From Tilletiaria anomala UBC 951 (Eukaryota), in contig NW_013547016.1 of NCBI RefSeq assembly GCF_000711695.1, forward strand, positions 248,001 through 312,000: 64,000 nucleotides of DNA, in the 5' to 3' direction. Below the pieces are notes generated by a model. That model searched no databases and was not told the DNA's origin. It was given only the letters and a program-made list of their open reading frames with translations. Shown here piece after piece: positions 37,525-51,230 of this stretch (positions within the stretch are counted from its first letter, which is position 1; the number at the start of each line of letters is the position of its first letter). Both the position numbers and the translations under genes were made by a program.

Positions 37525-40500
37525 TTAAGCTGAAGACGCTGCAGCGTCTTGGGCATGCTTCCTTTCAGCCATGCCTACCAGGTGGTTGAATTCACCCGAG
37601 CGCTGCGCGAGGTCGTGGAAGGATGATTTTGTGTCCTTGAGTAGGTTGTAAGGCGAGTCATATTCATGTATGCGACCTTTGTCCAGCACAAGCACCAAGT
37701 CAAAGTCGCAGATTGTCCTCAGTCTATGTGCGACGGTCAAAATTGTGGCATTCGACATTTCGTTTCGAATCGTCTCTTGAATTTGCGCGTCGCTCGCTGC
37801 ATCTAGGCTCGCCGTACTCTCGTCCTATCAGTGCGATACGCGTCAGTGACTGTAGCGCATTCTTGTGCGTACACAGATGAGACTCACCAAAATAAGGATC
37901 CTCGAGTCCCTGAGCTTGAGGAGTCCACGGGCGAGCGCGAGCAGCTGCCGTTGACCCTGACTGAAGTTCTTGCCGCCCTGCTCAACACGCATGTCTAAGC
38001 TGGTAATGATGACGCGACCCTGCTGGCTACCGTCATCGTCATCCTCGTGCACCGAGCCTGGTCGGCTTGGCTGTCGACTGGGCCCGCGGCTCGCAGCGAT
38101 AACGTCAGCACGAGTGGCAAGCTTGCATCGCTCGAGCGCGTTCCAAAGGTCTGCATCTTCGTAGTAGCCGAACGGGTCCAAATTGGAACGCACTGTCCCA
38201 GAGAAAATGTCGGGGTGCTGCGGGATGACAGTCAAGCGACTGCGAAGAGTCTTGAGCGGCACGCGGGAGATATCAATGCCGTCGATGGTGATGCGCCCTG
38301 TCTCAGCTTCCAGAAAACGAAACAGAGCCAGCGTGAGGGTCCTGCCAGAGGAACGAGCACTTTAGCCTGGTTTCAAGAAAAAGCATGGTGGACCGAGAGA
38401 CTCACGACTTGCCAGAGCCAGTGCGACCGACAATGCCGACCTTACGGCCAGCTTTGATTTCGAGAGAGAGCGAGTCCAGCGCTCTTGGAAACTCCGCACT
38501 GTAACGCACCGAGAGGTTTTCAATGACGATGCTGCCCTTGTCGCTTGGCCAATAGGCAGGCGGCTCTTGGCCTGCGAATCGCTCTGGCTCTATGGAGAGG
38601 TATTCTTGCACTCTTTCCACCGAATTCATGTTGATCTCCACCATCGAATAGACTCGAACCACCCAGAGAACGCTGTCGACGAGCATGATAGAGTAGGACA
38701 ATGTGAAACCCGCCAAGCCTGCGTCGACGCCTGGGGTGAGAAGTAGGAAAAGGGCGACGACGAAGGAGATCAAAGCAGCAAAGGTGTCAACTCGGAGTGA
38801 CAGCCAGCGGTTGGCGCACCACAAAAAGTAGAACGGCCCGTTTGTCCTGTCTATCAATCGCAGGCAGTGTCGGGTGAAGCGGCCCGCATCACCGAATGCA
38901 CGAATGGCCACGGAGCCGCCGATGATCTCGCCGACAAGTGTAAAGATCGGACTGCGCTGTACCGACTCGATTCGCTTCAAGTCTCGCGAGCTCGTAATGT
39001 AGAGTGCACCGATCGCAAAGTAGACGCCCACGATGACGATTGACAAAGCGCCAAAGATAGGCAGGGCAAAGACGACAATGCCGATGATGGCGATGCTCTG
39101 TAGAAAGACGTCCAAGAAGAAGACGCAATCACCAGCGGCTTCTTGGTCGATCGCCTCCATATCCTTGGAGAGACGGTTCATGACGCGTCCGACCGGCGTC
39201 TTGTCGAAGAAGCCCGGCTTGGCGCTGAGGACAGCCGCCATGAGGCGCTTGAAGATGCGGCGCGAGGCGCTGACGGAGCCAGCAAGGACGAAGCTGTCCT
39301 TGAACACATCGATGGAGATGAAAAGAAGAGAAAGCGCCGCATAGATTTGAAGGTACGATCCTGTCGACTCTGTAATGGTGGCAGTGGGGACCTCTGCGCC
39401 GAAGAAAACGGTCTGATCTGAACTGGATGCGAAGACTGAGGGTGTAACGTTCTTCACAGTTTCGTACGCTGGCGTGATAAAGTAGCGCGGGATGAAGCTC
39501 CCGGCCTGGGTGACGGCAGACATCGGAGGCGTGAAGAACTGCCCGAGCGTCTGCGCGACACTGGGCGCTGGGGCAGAGTCGTATGAAGCCGCCCAACGTC
39601 GAAGCCAAGCAGTGCTCCAGATGTCCGCCCCCTTGGATGCTATAAAGAGGCCAGCGATGGAAACCCAGAAGAGAAAGAGAAGCACGTTGTTTGCAGCAAA
39701 GTTGGCAAAGTAGAGGAGGTAGGTGTTGAAGCTGACTGCGCCTTTGGCGTATGTCTCCTCTTCCGCATGTGCCGCCTTTTTGTCCATCTTCTTCTTCAAC
39801 ACGGCCGCCTCGGCTTCGAGCTGACCCTCGTCCAAGACCTCGATCGTCTGCTCTACTTGCTCCGCCTCCTTCTCGTGCTCGAGCTCGAGGTGCAGCGGCC
39901 CTTCGCCGTCAAAGATGCCCGCGGCGGAGACCTCGGCAGGCGTGCCCTGCGCGGCGACATTGCCCTCGTGCAACGCCACGACAAAGGCGGCACCAGACAT
40001 GCATAGGCTGACGGCATGCGTGACCATGATGACCGTCCTGTCTTTGACGAGCGGGCCTTTAAGGTAGTTGCGGTAGATGAATTCGGATGTCGTCGCGTCG
40101 AGGGCGGAGAGGGCATCGTCGATGAGCAGCACCCGCGCGCTGGAGTACAGAGCGCGCGCCAGGCTGACGCGTGCCTTTTGCCCGCCCGAGAGAGACGTGC
40201 CCTTTTCGCCGACCTCGGTCTCGTCGTTGTACTCCAGGATGTTGAGGTCTGGCTCAAGGGCGCAGGCCTTGATGACAGCGTGGTAGCGCTTCGGGTCGTA
40301 CGGGGATCCAAAGAGGATGTTTTCCTTGATCGACGTGCCGAGCAACCAGGGCGTCTGGCTACAGTACGCCACGGTATCCGACAGCCCGTCCTCATCAATG
40401 GGCACGAGTGCGCGCGCGATGGGGCACGGAAGGTACGTTCTCCCGTTCAGCCGGCGCGTCTCGCCAAGCAAGGAGAGGAGCAGCGTCGACTTGCCTGAGC

Positions 40501-43304
40501 CGACTGCGCCGGCGATGATGCTGAGCTGCCCTGGCGGGAAGACAATGTCCAGGCCGCGCAGGACAAACGCGGAGCCATCGGCGATCTTGTCGTCGTCTTC
40601 GACGTATGTAAACGAGGCACCGTCTGAGAAGCCAACGTAGGTGCGGCCATGCGCGTGTCGGGACGCGCCGAAGGAGTCATCCTCTCCGTCGCCGTTTGGA
40701 GCATCGTAGCACAGGAGCTGCTCGTACTTTGCGGTCTCCTCTTCGCGCAGGAACGTGTCGATACGGCGTAGGGAGACGAGGGAGCCGAAGATATTGGCCA
40801 TCATGCTGGGCAGCGTGTCGATCGAGGAGCGCAGCGCCGTGAAGAAGGCGAGCGACGAGAAGGCGACTTCGGCCGGCAGGGGTCGGTGGAAGACGGCGGT
40901 GTGAACGCTGAACGTCAGGACGATGATGGCGACGGGCAAGCCGCGGAAGCAGAAAATCTGCAGGACGGTCGCAACGAAGCGTTTTTGCAGAACCCAGAGC
41001 TCGTTGTCGCGGATCTTTTCGATGCGCGACTGAAACGAACTTTCCCACGCAAAAACTGCCGGTCGGCCAGAGGGGGAAGCCGAATGAGAACGGAGAGGCA
41101 TGAGCTGCTACTCGACCCAGCGCGCGCTCAACCTGCCAACAACGGTACCGAGGACTCACACTTAACTGTCTTGATGCAATTGAGCACCTCAGTGGTGAGG
41201 TCGAGCCGCGCATCAGAGACACCAAGCAGCTCCTTCTGCAACGCGATATAGAACGTCGACACCCACGTCTGGAACGGGATCGACGCGAGCAGCGCGCCGA
41301 ACCCGATCACGGCGGACCAGCCGAGCAAGCGCGTCAGAAAGTACAGCGAGAGTGCGACCTGCACCGGCGCCATGGGGATCACAAAGTGCAGGTACGCGCA
41401 GACCTCGGAGACTGCGCGCGGCCGGGTGAAGAGCGCAATCGGAGATCAGCACTGCCCCGCTGAGTGCGAACGAAAGACTAGGCTGTAGAGTGGAATGGAG
41501 AAGATAACGCACCTTTGAACACGTCGACCGAGATGAGGTTGACGATCTGGCCGTCGGTTGCGGTGCTGTCGGTGTCGGTTCCTTTGGCGTCCTGTGCATC
41601 CGCCTCGTCCGCACCGCCGCTGCCGCTGTTTTTCGCGCTGCCGTTGCGGCGGCGGAGCGCCTTGGTAACGATCTCGGTGATGAGAATGGCGCGCAGGTTG
41701 ATGCAGATTTTGCGGCCCGTCATGAGCGCCTGGCTCGCGAGGATAGCAAAGAGAACCTGGCCTGCAAACATGAGCGACGCGTACAGCACCGCCATGTGCA
41801 GCGGAGGCTGCTGCTGCTGCTGCGGCTCATGCGCACTGCCAGCGGCGGCGGCGGCGCGGGAGCGCTGCGCGATAAATGCGAGGATGTACTGCAGGCCGAT
41901 GGGCGACGAGAGGCTGAGGATGGCCTGCGCGAATGAGGTGACGAATTGATACGTCAGCTGCGGCCAGAAGTGGCGAAAGAGGCTCAGTGTGAGCTTGCGC
42001 CCGGAGCTGCTGCCACTGTCACTGCCGCGACCGCCGCTGCTCCCGCTACGCGCACGGAAGGCGCTGACAACAGCGGCGGCCTTGTCATCTGGCAGGAGGT
42101 CCGGGACCTGCTCGGGCCGGTACTGCTCGCGGAAGTGCCTAACGAGCTCAGGTGTGACAAAGCCGAAGAAGCAGCGCGAGTATAGCGATGCGTACAGCTC
42201 TGGGCTCGGCGGCGGCGGGGCTGCCGTGCTAGAGGAGGCTCCAGTTCCGGCCAAAAGCGCCAGACGCGCTTGCTCCACGAGGTCGTTTGCGGCGCCATCT
42301 TCGTCGCTCGCATCCAACATGTGCTCCTCGTCCTCCGTCGCCAGCACGCCGGCGCGCCGGCGGGGCGTGGGGAGGGCGGTGCGCATGGTGGCAAGGCGCG
42401 CCTCTGTGCGCATGGTGCGGTGGATGGCTTGCAGGCTGTGTGGGGTGCGGCGCTTGAGTGGGAAGAAAAGCGTCGGCGCGGCGACGAGCAGCGCGAGCGC
42501 CAGCTGCAGCGCCGCAAGCGGCACCGCGGCGTTCGCGTGCACGTAACCCCCGTCGCCGCTGCTTCCAGGCTGCTGCAAGACGGCAGAGCGCAGGTTGGAT
42601 GCAGTGACAAGCACGTAGGCGCCAACGAGGAGGGCCTTGTGCGCATACAGGCTGCGTGTCATCGTCATGGTCCAGCCGCTGAGCAAGGCAAAGTACAGCC
42701 ATAGTGCGGGCCAGGCGAGTGCCGCTGCCGCCGTTGCTGCTAGTGGAAGCGCGCTGTGGTCCCCTTGGCCGCGTGCAATGGCCCACGCCGCGGCGTGCGA
42801 CGCGATGAGGCCGCCAGCGCCGAGCACCTCGATGCCGCGCTTGAGCGCCTCGAGACGCCGGTAGCGCGCCGCATCTGCCGTGGAGACCTGGACGAGGGGC
42901 GTGCTGTGCACCTCGTTGAGGATGACGGAATTTTCTGTGCGAAAGACCTGGAGCGCCGCCGGTGTTGCTGACGAAGAAGAAGACGCTGGGGGCGGTGCGG
43001 AGCCGCGTCCAGCAGGGGTTCGGGCAGGGAGGTAGATGCTGCTGGCGGCAGGGTCGAGCTTGGCGACCTGTACCTCGGATGTGCGCTTGCGGGTGTTGCT
43101 GCGGAGGGAGTGCGTGAGCAACGCCAGGACGGAGAGGGCGAGTGCGAGGGTGGGAAAGAACGTGTTGAGCACGCGTGCGCGGAAGCAGGCGTCCCAGTCC
43201 AGCTGCAGCGTGTCCCACACGGCGTGGCAGCCGAGCGCCAGGACGAGCTGCGGCTGGCTGTCTCCGCCGCCGTCGGCGTTGTGTGGTACAGCCGATGCGG
43301 ACAT
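37525..43304 (-). CDS. ABCC (MRP) family ABC transporter, Ybt1/bile-acid transporter-like
   Basis: N-terminal extra TM region; TMD1 (GQIVNLISVD); NBD1 GAVGSGKS / LSGGQ / LLIDDALSALD; TMD2 (FFDKTPVGRVMNRLSKD); NBD2 GRTGSGKS / FSQGQRQ / ILDESTASLD / TVAHRL. About four introns. Confidence 0.95.
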
Positions 43305-43505
43305 ATTTTTTTCGGGAAGGACCCTGTTTGGCCCTGCTTGCTGGCCCAGGATGGGCTTTATGTGTATGGGAGACTGGGGATGAAGATGTGCCAGCACAGA
43401 GGCGCGTGAGCGAGCGTAGCAGAATGCGCAACCACTTCCGTTGGCTGTTAGCTATATGATAGATACGCTGATACGCGACGGGAGCGCACGGCTGGGTGGG
43501 GTGGA

Positions 43506-43525
43506 GCAAAGCAAAGCAAAGCAAA
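43506..43525 (+). repeat. (GCAAA)4 microsatellite upstream of the ABC transporter
   Basis: gcaaagcaaagcaaagcaaa followed by an A-rich tract. Confidence 0.8.
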
Positions 43526-44397
43526 AAAAGAAAATAGCAAGAAAACAGCAAGAGAGCCTGGAGAAAATGACCAAAAAGAGCGGAAAATAAGGGTTCTCAT
43601 CTCTTCCAATCCACATGGGCTTCTTTCAAACGCGGCAAAAGCGCCGCCCGTCCGCGTGGGTTCACTTTCCCAATGTGTGTTGTGCTGGCTGGCACTCGAC
43701 TGCCGCCATCGTGACTGGACCCGGGCAGGATAGACTCTGTCGGCGTTCTTCGGCCTTTCGTAACGCGTCGATCTGGTTCGGTGCAACAGGGGCAGCGATG
43801 CGGGCGGTGATCATCGATCATCGTGCAATGGGACAGCCGGTGAGCGATGGTAACCCTAACTCGATCTCGTTGCATTGCCAACTCATTCTCGATCCTCGAT
43901 GGGCTGGCGTCCCTGCCGTCCTCATAACACCGCACGCAGCTTGTTCTCCTCGCTTAACACTCCACCTCACTCACTGCAGACGCCATCAACCCGCAGGTAA
44001 GCTGTATCTACAACAACCAACGCCGCGACCATGTGGTATATACATATACACGACGGTCCAGAGCAGAAAATAAAAAAAAAGAATTTTGTTAAAGGTCTTT
44101 CATCAAATGTGATGGGGCCAATGCCGCTGCGGTTGACCGTGGGCGGTGCCATAAATCTGCGACCAGGTCGCATGAGAAACTCCCTTACCTCTCATCTCGC
44201 TGTCGCCTGGCACATCCTTCTGATGCACTACAAGGTACCGCGTTTTGCCAGGAACGGCCATCTGGATGCACCGCCAGCGCATCCGGAAACATATGCCCCT
44301 TGCACACTGCACCATCCCATGCGGCCCGATCGCCTGTATCATGTTACAACCTGGGTGGGGGGTTACACGCCATGCAAGGTACTGCCCACAGCCGAAT

Positions 44398-46567
44398 TCA
44401 TGCATCTTCCAGCGTGAACTTGACCAGTAGTGTCGACTTGGTCTCCCTCCCTGCGAGACTCAGCAGGCGAAGAAACGTGTAGCCTGTACGACGACGTGCA
44501 AAGCGCATCAGCATCCAGCCGCACAGCCCGCTAGTCCGCCAACGAGGGCCAACTCGCTCACTCGCTGCGCAGACTCACCAGTCGGCGCGTACGCGAGGCG
44601 CATGCTCGCGACCGCAAACACAGGGTTCTTCCTGAGTCGGTCGTCGCTCTTGACGAGCAAACGCACGAACGCGAGCTCGCTCTTGCCAAACGGCGCCCAT
44701 GTCAGCTTCTGCTTCCACACTGCGTGCACAGGCGGCGGTTGCTCCCCGCGGTGGAGAATGTGCAGCTTGTGCTGCCGGTAGTGTTCCGTCTTTTGCTTGA
44801 TCCGCTTGCCGTCTCCGTTCCCGCCGCCGTCGCCCTCTGTGGGATGGTACAACGAGACGGTCACGTACGGCTTGATGTCCTCCGCGTTGTGTCCCGCGGG
44901 GATCGGCAGGTCGGTCGCGCCGACGACCTCGAGCGAGAGGCGTGTGCGCCCCGCCTCGGGCGGTGCTAGCTGGCGGCGCAGCTGCGGCGGCTTGAGCACC
45001 CATCCGCTTGTCCCCGCGAACAGGGCATCGTTGAGCTGCATTGACGCGTCAAACTGTCCGCACACGAGCGCGTGTCAGCGGCCGCGCACCCGCGCTCAGG
45101 AACGAGAATTCCGCTTTCCCTGCCTCACTGTCTGCCAGTTCAGCGCGCATACCTGCGCTCCAGCGTTCCAGAACGGCACGGGGTACAGGTTGCGCGAGGT
45201 GATGCGCGTGCCCTTTGGGTACACGCGGATCAGGTGTTTCGCATCTGCATGTGCAGTAGAGGAAAATGTCGTTGATCAGTGCAGTAGCAACGCCACCTCA
45301 AACCTGCAAGCGTTGATGTCGCTCACTGTGCGAAACCATCTCCGAGCGCTGATCCTTGATAATCTTACCCGCAGCGCTCTCGGACAGGTTGATCAAGTGG
45401 TTCTTCGGCTCGTTCATCGTGCCGCGCAGCCAGGCGTCGCTGCTCGGCTTGACACTGTTGGCATAGCAGCCGAGTGCCGCAAGCTCGGGGATAATCTTCT
45501 CCTTCTTGGCGGCTGCCTTTGCCTTCTTGGCGGCGATCGTCTCCTCGTCGTCCGAAGAGGAGATATCGAGCTCCTCCGCAGCGGTTGCCTCGCGCTCATC
45601 GGGGTACCACTCGACCATGACGATAATCTTGCCGCTCAGCTGATCCAGCTTTACGTCGTCCACCTTGCCGCCAGCGCCGTCTATGAGCATGTCCGAGACG
45701 AGGCGGTCGCCCCACTCCTCGTGCATGATCTCAACAAGCCGCTTCTGCCCCGCGCTCGAGCAGTGATTTTCCAGCGAGAGCATGACTGGCGCGGGAGGCG
45801 GTAGCGCGCCGTTCGACAACTGCGACTCGGCCAGCTCGCGGTCGACGCACTCGCGCATTACCTTAACGACTGCGCGCTGCGCAAGATCAAGTGGCGTGGC
45901 GCGTGGTATGCCTAGTCAGGCTGCTGTCCAAGAACCAATCAACTAGGAACTCACAAATGGAATGCGCGAAACGAGCGTCATCCCGTGCGTGACTTTGGGC
46001 TCGCTTGGATCCTTTTCATTATCCCAGGCGTCGATTTCGACGCAGCGTGCGCCTGAGAGCAGCGTGTGTGTGTATCCGGTCGAGGAAGACTTGCCGACAA
46101 GCTGGTCGGCGGTGAGGTAAGTGTTATGCTGCACAGAAGATTCCACACCGTGCCTCGTTAAGACTTATCCAAACCAAAGAAGAGAAATGACATGATCGGC
46201 TACTATGACGACTCACGCTGGAGGAGACAAAGTATTCGCTCAGTGAATGGCTTCGATCATTGACGTACGCGGGCACTTGCACCGCTGGCCTATCCAGCAC
46301 GGCCTGCACTGCGGGGCTGAGCGGCGCATCGTCCGCCTTGTCGCCCACATCTCCCTCTTCAATCTCACGAGCATCGGCGAGGAAGGAGCGCAGCGCATGG
46401 CTGACGTGCAGCCCTTTTCTGTCCTCGGCGCGCCGCCCGCCGCCAGCGATGGACGCCTCGGTGACGACATGCCCCAGCTCCTCGCCACCCTCATCGAGCG
46501 CGGAACGGAAAGGGTTGAGATGTGCGAGCTCGTGCGTCAATTGCACGGGGACAATTTCGTACGGCAT
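44398..46567 (-). CDS. Phosphoinositide-specific phospholipase C (X-Y-C2 only)
   Basis: X box [28 protein letters not shown] and MLSLENHC; Y box [24 protein letters not shown]2 domain ending [23 protein letters not shown]. Five introns. Confidence 0.93.
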
Positions 46568-47157
46568 GGCTTATCTCCAGGGGTCAAATTGGAGGTTCTT
46601 TGCGGGGCTCGCGTGACCTTGCAGGGGTATGACAGTTCCAGCGTCAAGCGTTGTTGTCGCCGAGAATTCTGCACTTTCTTCGGTGCTAATTTTCGAGGGC
46701 TGTGTAACACCGAGTACGCAGCAGCCGAGGTGATGACCGAGGCTTCTGTGTACACTCTTGCTATTGAGTGCGGGGATGCCTTCCCAACCACCATCAGCTA
46801 CCCCGCCCGCCCAACGAACGATGATCACAAGACAAGTCACAGCAAGGATCAGGATGTACTGGCGGGCACGGACTCACTATTACACCGATGAGCCAGTTGC
46901 GTCAGAAGTGGCTCGTGCGCAGCTCATCCATTTTCCACCATCTCGGCTCGTACAATCTAAACTCACACTCCATTCGGTGGGATTGGCACTTCCTTCGGGC
47001 AGATGGGAGCAAGAGGGTACTACAGCAAAGCATTTGCATTGTGTACGCACTTGGCAGGGGCACTCCTATGTACAAGGGGAGGAAAGCAAGGATGTAGGAA
47101 ATGTTCAATCGTATGCACGGGCGCAAAGGGCGTTCGCACTCTTGCCTTTTCCATCCA

Positions 47158-50100
47158 TCACAGGGCCCACTCATCCCTCCCTTTCTCCTTGTCACTGACA
47201 AACGGGCGCGCCAGCATCGACAATGAGCCCTCGCAAAGCGCACAGCTGTTCGCCACAAGACTGTCCAGCTCGTCCCGAAGCGCCTCGATTTTCTCCTCGT
47301 CCTCGATCGTTAGCCCGGTAGTGCCACCAGCAGTACTCCTGCCGCTGGCGCTACCAAGCTGGCTATCCCCCATAGCCGCCGCCGTAGCAGCAGCGCCAGA
47401 GCCGCCTGCGCCCAGCCTGAATGCAGGAATGCGTAGACTGCCCATGCCGGTGGTGGTAGGCTCCGCGAAGGGGTCGAGTGGCGCAAGCACCCGCCGCCCA
47501 CCGGCAACACCGACGCTGACGCCTTGGCTGATGGCATGAATGACCGCGTCCGGGAGGATGATCTCGCGCAGCTTGTCAAAGCCCGTACCCATGCCCATGC
47601 CCATACCCATGCTCATGCTCATGCCCATGCTCATGCTCATGCCCATGCCTATGCCCATACCGGCCGACTTGCGTGATGCCACAGTAGAGTCGTTGATCGG
47701 ACCGCCACCGCCCGATGCAGCCGCATGCGATTCGCGCACGACCGACGCATACGACGGCGGCAGCGCTGGGATGAGGCCATCGGTCATGAACGAGAGTTGC
47801 TCCTGTAGATAGAGGATGCGGCGTAGAGTTCGGCGTGGTAGATGCGCGGTAGTCTGCACCATAAGGGATCATGTAAAGAAAAGTCAAATTGACTGCCATC
47901 CTCTTACAATGCGCAAGTTGCATCCCCAACTCACCTCCGCGATCAAACAGTCCGCATGGAACGTGTGTCGACAGGGAAAGACATAAAACTGCCGCTCGAG
48001 CAGCCACTCATCGCAGATGCTGCACTTCTCGGTCGGCTCGACCGTGACGAAGCGCGAGCCGAGTTTGTCGATGTCCTCTCGGATAGCCTGCGCGCTCTGG
48101 CTCGCCTCGTCCATCTCCGCCTTCATGTTCTCGATTCGCGTCGCGTACGACTCGAGCGCGGAACAGATCTCGTTCTTGAAATCGTCAATGACCACAAAGT
48201 CTGGGAAGAACGGCAGGATGTCCTCGATCGAGAGCAGCTCACTGCGTTCGATGAACACCATGGCGCTGCCACACCATTGTACGCACTCTGTCAGCTAGGA
48301 GACGACGCAAGGCAAAGAAGCAGTGCCGACTCACGCCTTTATGTCCTTCTTGGTCTCCACGACATACTTGGCCACCTTGAGCCAGATCTTCTTGCGCTGC
48401 AGATCATCGCCCTCGGCCAGCTCTGCAGCGCGGCACGCCGACTCGAGGTCTGGCTCGTCGCCGCTGAGCGCAAGGTCGACTGCGTCGGCAAAGAGGCCCA
48501 TCTTGGTGTAGATCCGGACGCAAGCCTCCCGCCGTCCGTTCGCGAGGCATGTCCGCAGGGCAAAGTCCAGATCGTAGCATGGCTGAGCCAGCAGCGGGTT
48601 GTCCCTACTCGTCTCGATGAAGCGCAGCAGTTGCTCCGGGCTCTCGCGCGCGAGTAGAGAGATGAGCAGGTTGTGAATCGCAGAGTCCGTATTACCGAGC
48701 TTGTGCACAACGTGCAGCAGGTAGCGCGTCCCTTCGTTTGCTTGCCCCTCAACCTGCCTGTGCTGCAGGATCGCAGGCATCAAACGCCGAGGCTGCAGCC
48801 GATCCTCCTTGATCCATGCGTCCACGGTTTCCTTCGGCGCTTTCTGCATGAGGATGCCAGCGTTCTTGTAGTAGAGCATCGGATCACTCTGCCGGCTGAG
48901 CGCCTTCGTCGCCTCCACCCACTCCTCTTTTGCGATCCAGTGCCGGATGACGAGCTCGTGCTCGCCAACAACATCGGCAAAGTGCAGCAGAATGTCGGAC
49001 CGGCCATGCTGAGAGATGAGCCTGAACATGGTCCGCTGGTCGAGGTTGCCCCGGTAAGTGGCGAGGAATTGCCTCAGCTCATCCTCCAACATGGACTTCT
49101 CCAGCTTGTAGTTCTCTACGTCTTCGCTTGCTGCCTGTGCAGCAGCAATGTCCTCCAGCTGATTGATTCGGCTGAGGTAAATCTCCGCAAGCCATGTTGC
49201 GAGCATCATCCGCTGTGTCTCCTCTGACTTAGGTGTCCGCTCGAGTCGCGAGATGAGGTAGTATCTCAGAGCATCCCGCTCATTCGCATCGATGAACTTT
49301 AGGACAATCTCCTCGAATGTGCGCGTCAGTGTCTGTGCATAGCACTGCGCCGACTGGATGTATTTCCCATCACTGAAGAAGCGATCGCCTTGCGATGCGA
49401 GCACCACCTGCCGCTGCACACCGGCCTTGGCAAATGTCAGCGCCGTCTCGTATGCGCCACGCTGCAAATGCGTCTTCCAGACGTCACGATCCTCGTCTTT
49501 GATGATGAGTTCAAAGATGCTACTGTCCGTGTACACCCAGCACGTGTGTCGGCTGGTATCGAACGCCGTGCCGATGACGCGCTCACCGGGTTTGAGCCGC
49601 AGGCCTTCCTCATACACGAGCTGATCGTCGAGTGAGCTGATACCCATTATGCGGTCGCGGTAGAGCAGCAAAAAGTGGAATTGCGTGAGTGCGATGCTGA
49701 GCGGGATCTCCGCGATCGGTTCGCTGTCGTTTGTATCATCCAAGGCTACGGCAGGATACGGTAGCAAGTTTGCGCTGTCGATCACGCTGTCTCCAGGCTG
49801 CTGGTCGCTAAAGTTAAGAAGGCCATGGTACACGCCTGGACCTGTCAGCCAGGCTAGCGTCTTGGATGGTTTCCGGTAGCCTGGCGACCAAAAGTGCAGC
49901 TCCGAGTAGAGCATTTCGCCTGGCAGTTCGGACTTGAGGTTGACGCTGGCCTGCCCAGTCCGATACGGCCCAAAGATCCTCTCGTATATTCCTAACGAAT
50001 CTGCTTGCCCTGTACTTTCATCACCTGACCGTCCACCAAGTCTTCCAACGAACTCATAGATGCGCGTGCTCGTGGTCGCAATGACGACCGCCTTGCGCTT

Positions 50101-51230
50101 CTCGTGCGTGCCTGCACCAGAGAGGCTCGAGAGAAAGGGTTCGGCGTGCAGCCCAGTGATCGCCTGTCGCTCTGGCAAGGTGAAAACATGGCGCAACACT
50201 TTGTCGACGTCGGCAAGCCCTTTTGCGGCGCCCGCTGTCCGTCGCGCGAGCCGGTCAAGAAAGTCTCCCTCCTCGCTGTCGATGCCTGCTGGAGCCGTGA
50301 TGACCGTCTCCCAGATCTCGCCATTCCGCGTGCCTAGCAGAATCTCTTGTGTGCTGATTGTACCTGCACTCTGCCCCTTTCGCCCATTCGCATCGAAGTT
50401 GGCAACACTCCCTGTTGTGTACGCCGAAAACCGATTCCATGCGACACTCTCAACGATCATGCCCTTCAGCTTCGACAGCAGCCGCGCCCTTTTCCACCCT
50501 GATGTCCAGTAGAAGTTGTCACCATTCCGCATACTCAGAATGAGATGCTTGCCGCTGGGATCCGCGTACATGCGATGCGGGCCGACCGCAGACGGGTCGA
50601 GCATTTGCGGCGGGCCCTTGCTGCGTGGCACTGGTGGTAGCGGGACCTCGGCCTCTTCTGTTCGCTCCGGATCATCTAGATTGATGCGCACTAAGCGAGG
50701 AGGGCTGATCGGTGGAGTTGTGGGCACTGTTGGATAGGCGTAGAGACACATCGTCATGACGTTCGATTGTACCGTCAGAAGCGCTAGCGGAGCTGGGAAA
50801 GCATATTGAACTCTGCCGAGTTGAAAGATTGGCGTTGTTGAAGACGCCTGCGCATCAGAAGAGATGAAGCCCGTTTCGATCTGAAACAGCAAAAGCGAGA
50901 AAGAACAGACACTGTCATTCTAACTGCTCCCAAGAGACGCTTGTGTATACCACGCACAGCTGATATTGGTTCCACAGCATCCCCTCCCGCGGGCTCAAAG
51001 CCGTCCATGCCATGGTCCAGGACGTCGCCGCCCAGGCCAAGGCCAACTGTGCCGTTGCTCACGCCGCTCCGATCATGGTCATAGCTGAGGCTGTCGTCCG
51101 GAGAGAACCCATTCACATGCTGTCGGCCCGGCTTGGAAGTCTGTACGAAGCTGAGCGCGTGCCCAAAGACGTGTGCATGGTTAGCCTTGCTCCTACTAAG
51201 CAAGCGCAATACGACTCACTCGTCAAACAT
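47158..51230 (-). CDS. VPS18: Vacuolar sorting protein Vps18/Pep3 (HOPS/CORVET)
   Basis: 11-nt first coding exon (51220-51230); beta-propeller (DPSGKHLI, IVESVAWN, ILLGTRNG); clathrin-repeat solenoid; LSIEDILPFFPDFVVIDDFK; RING CSIC..FYVFPCRHTFHADC..CALC. Confidence 0.96.
47582..47661 (-). repeat. Hexamer repeat encoding (GM/SM)n inside the Vps18 C terminus
   Basis: Tandem CATGCC/CATGCT units; protein GMGIGMGMSMSMGMSMSMGMGMGMG. Confidence 0.9.

Noticed and set aside
29050..43304. Secondary-metabolite cluster (transcription factor plus ABC transporter)
   Set aside because: No PKS, NRPS, terpene synthase or tailoring enzymes; the transporter looks like a housekeeping vacuolar ABCC.
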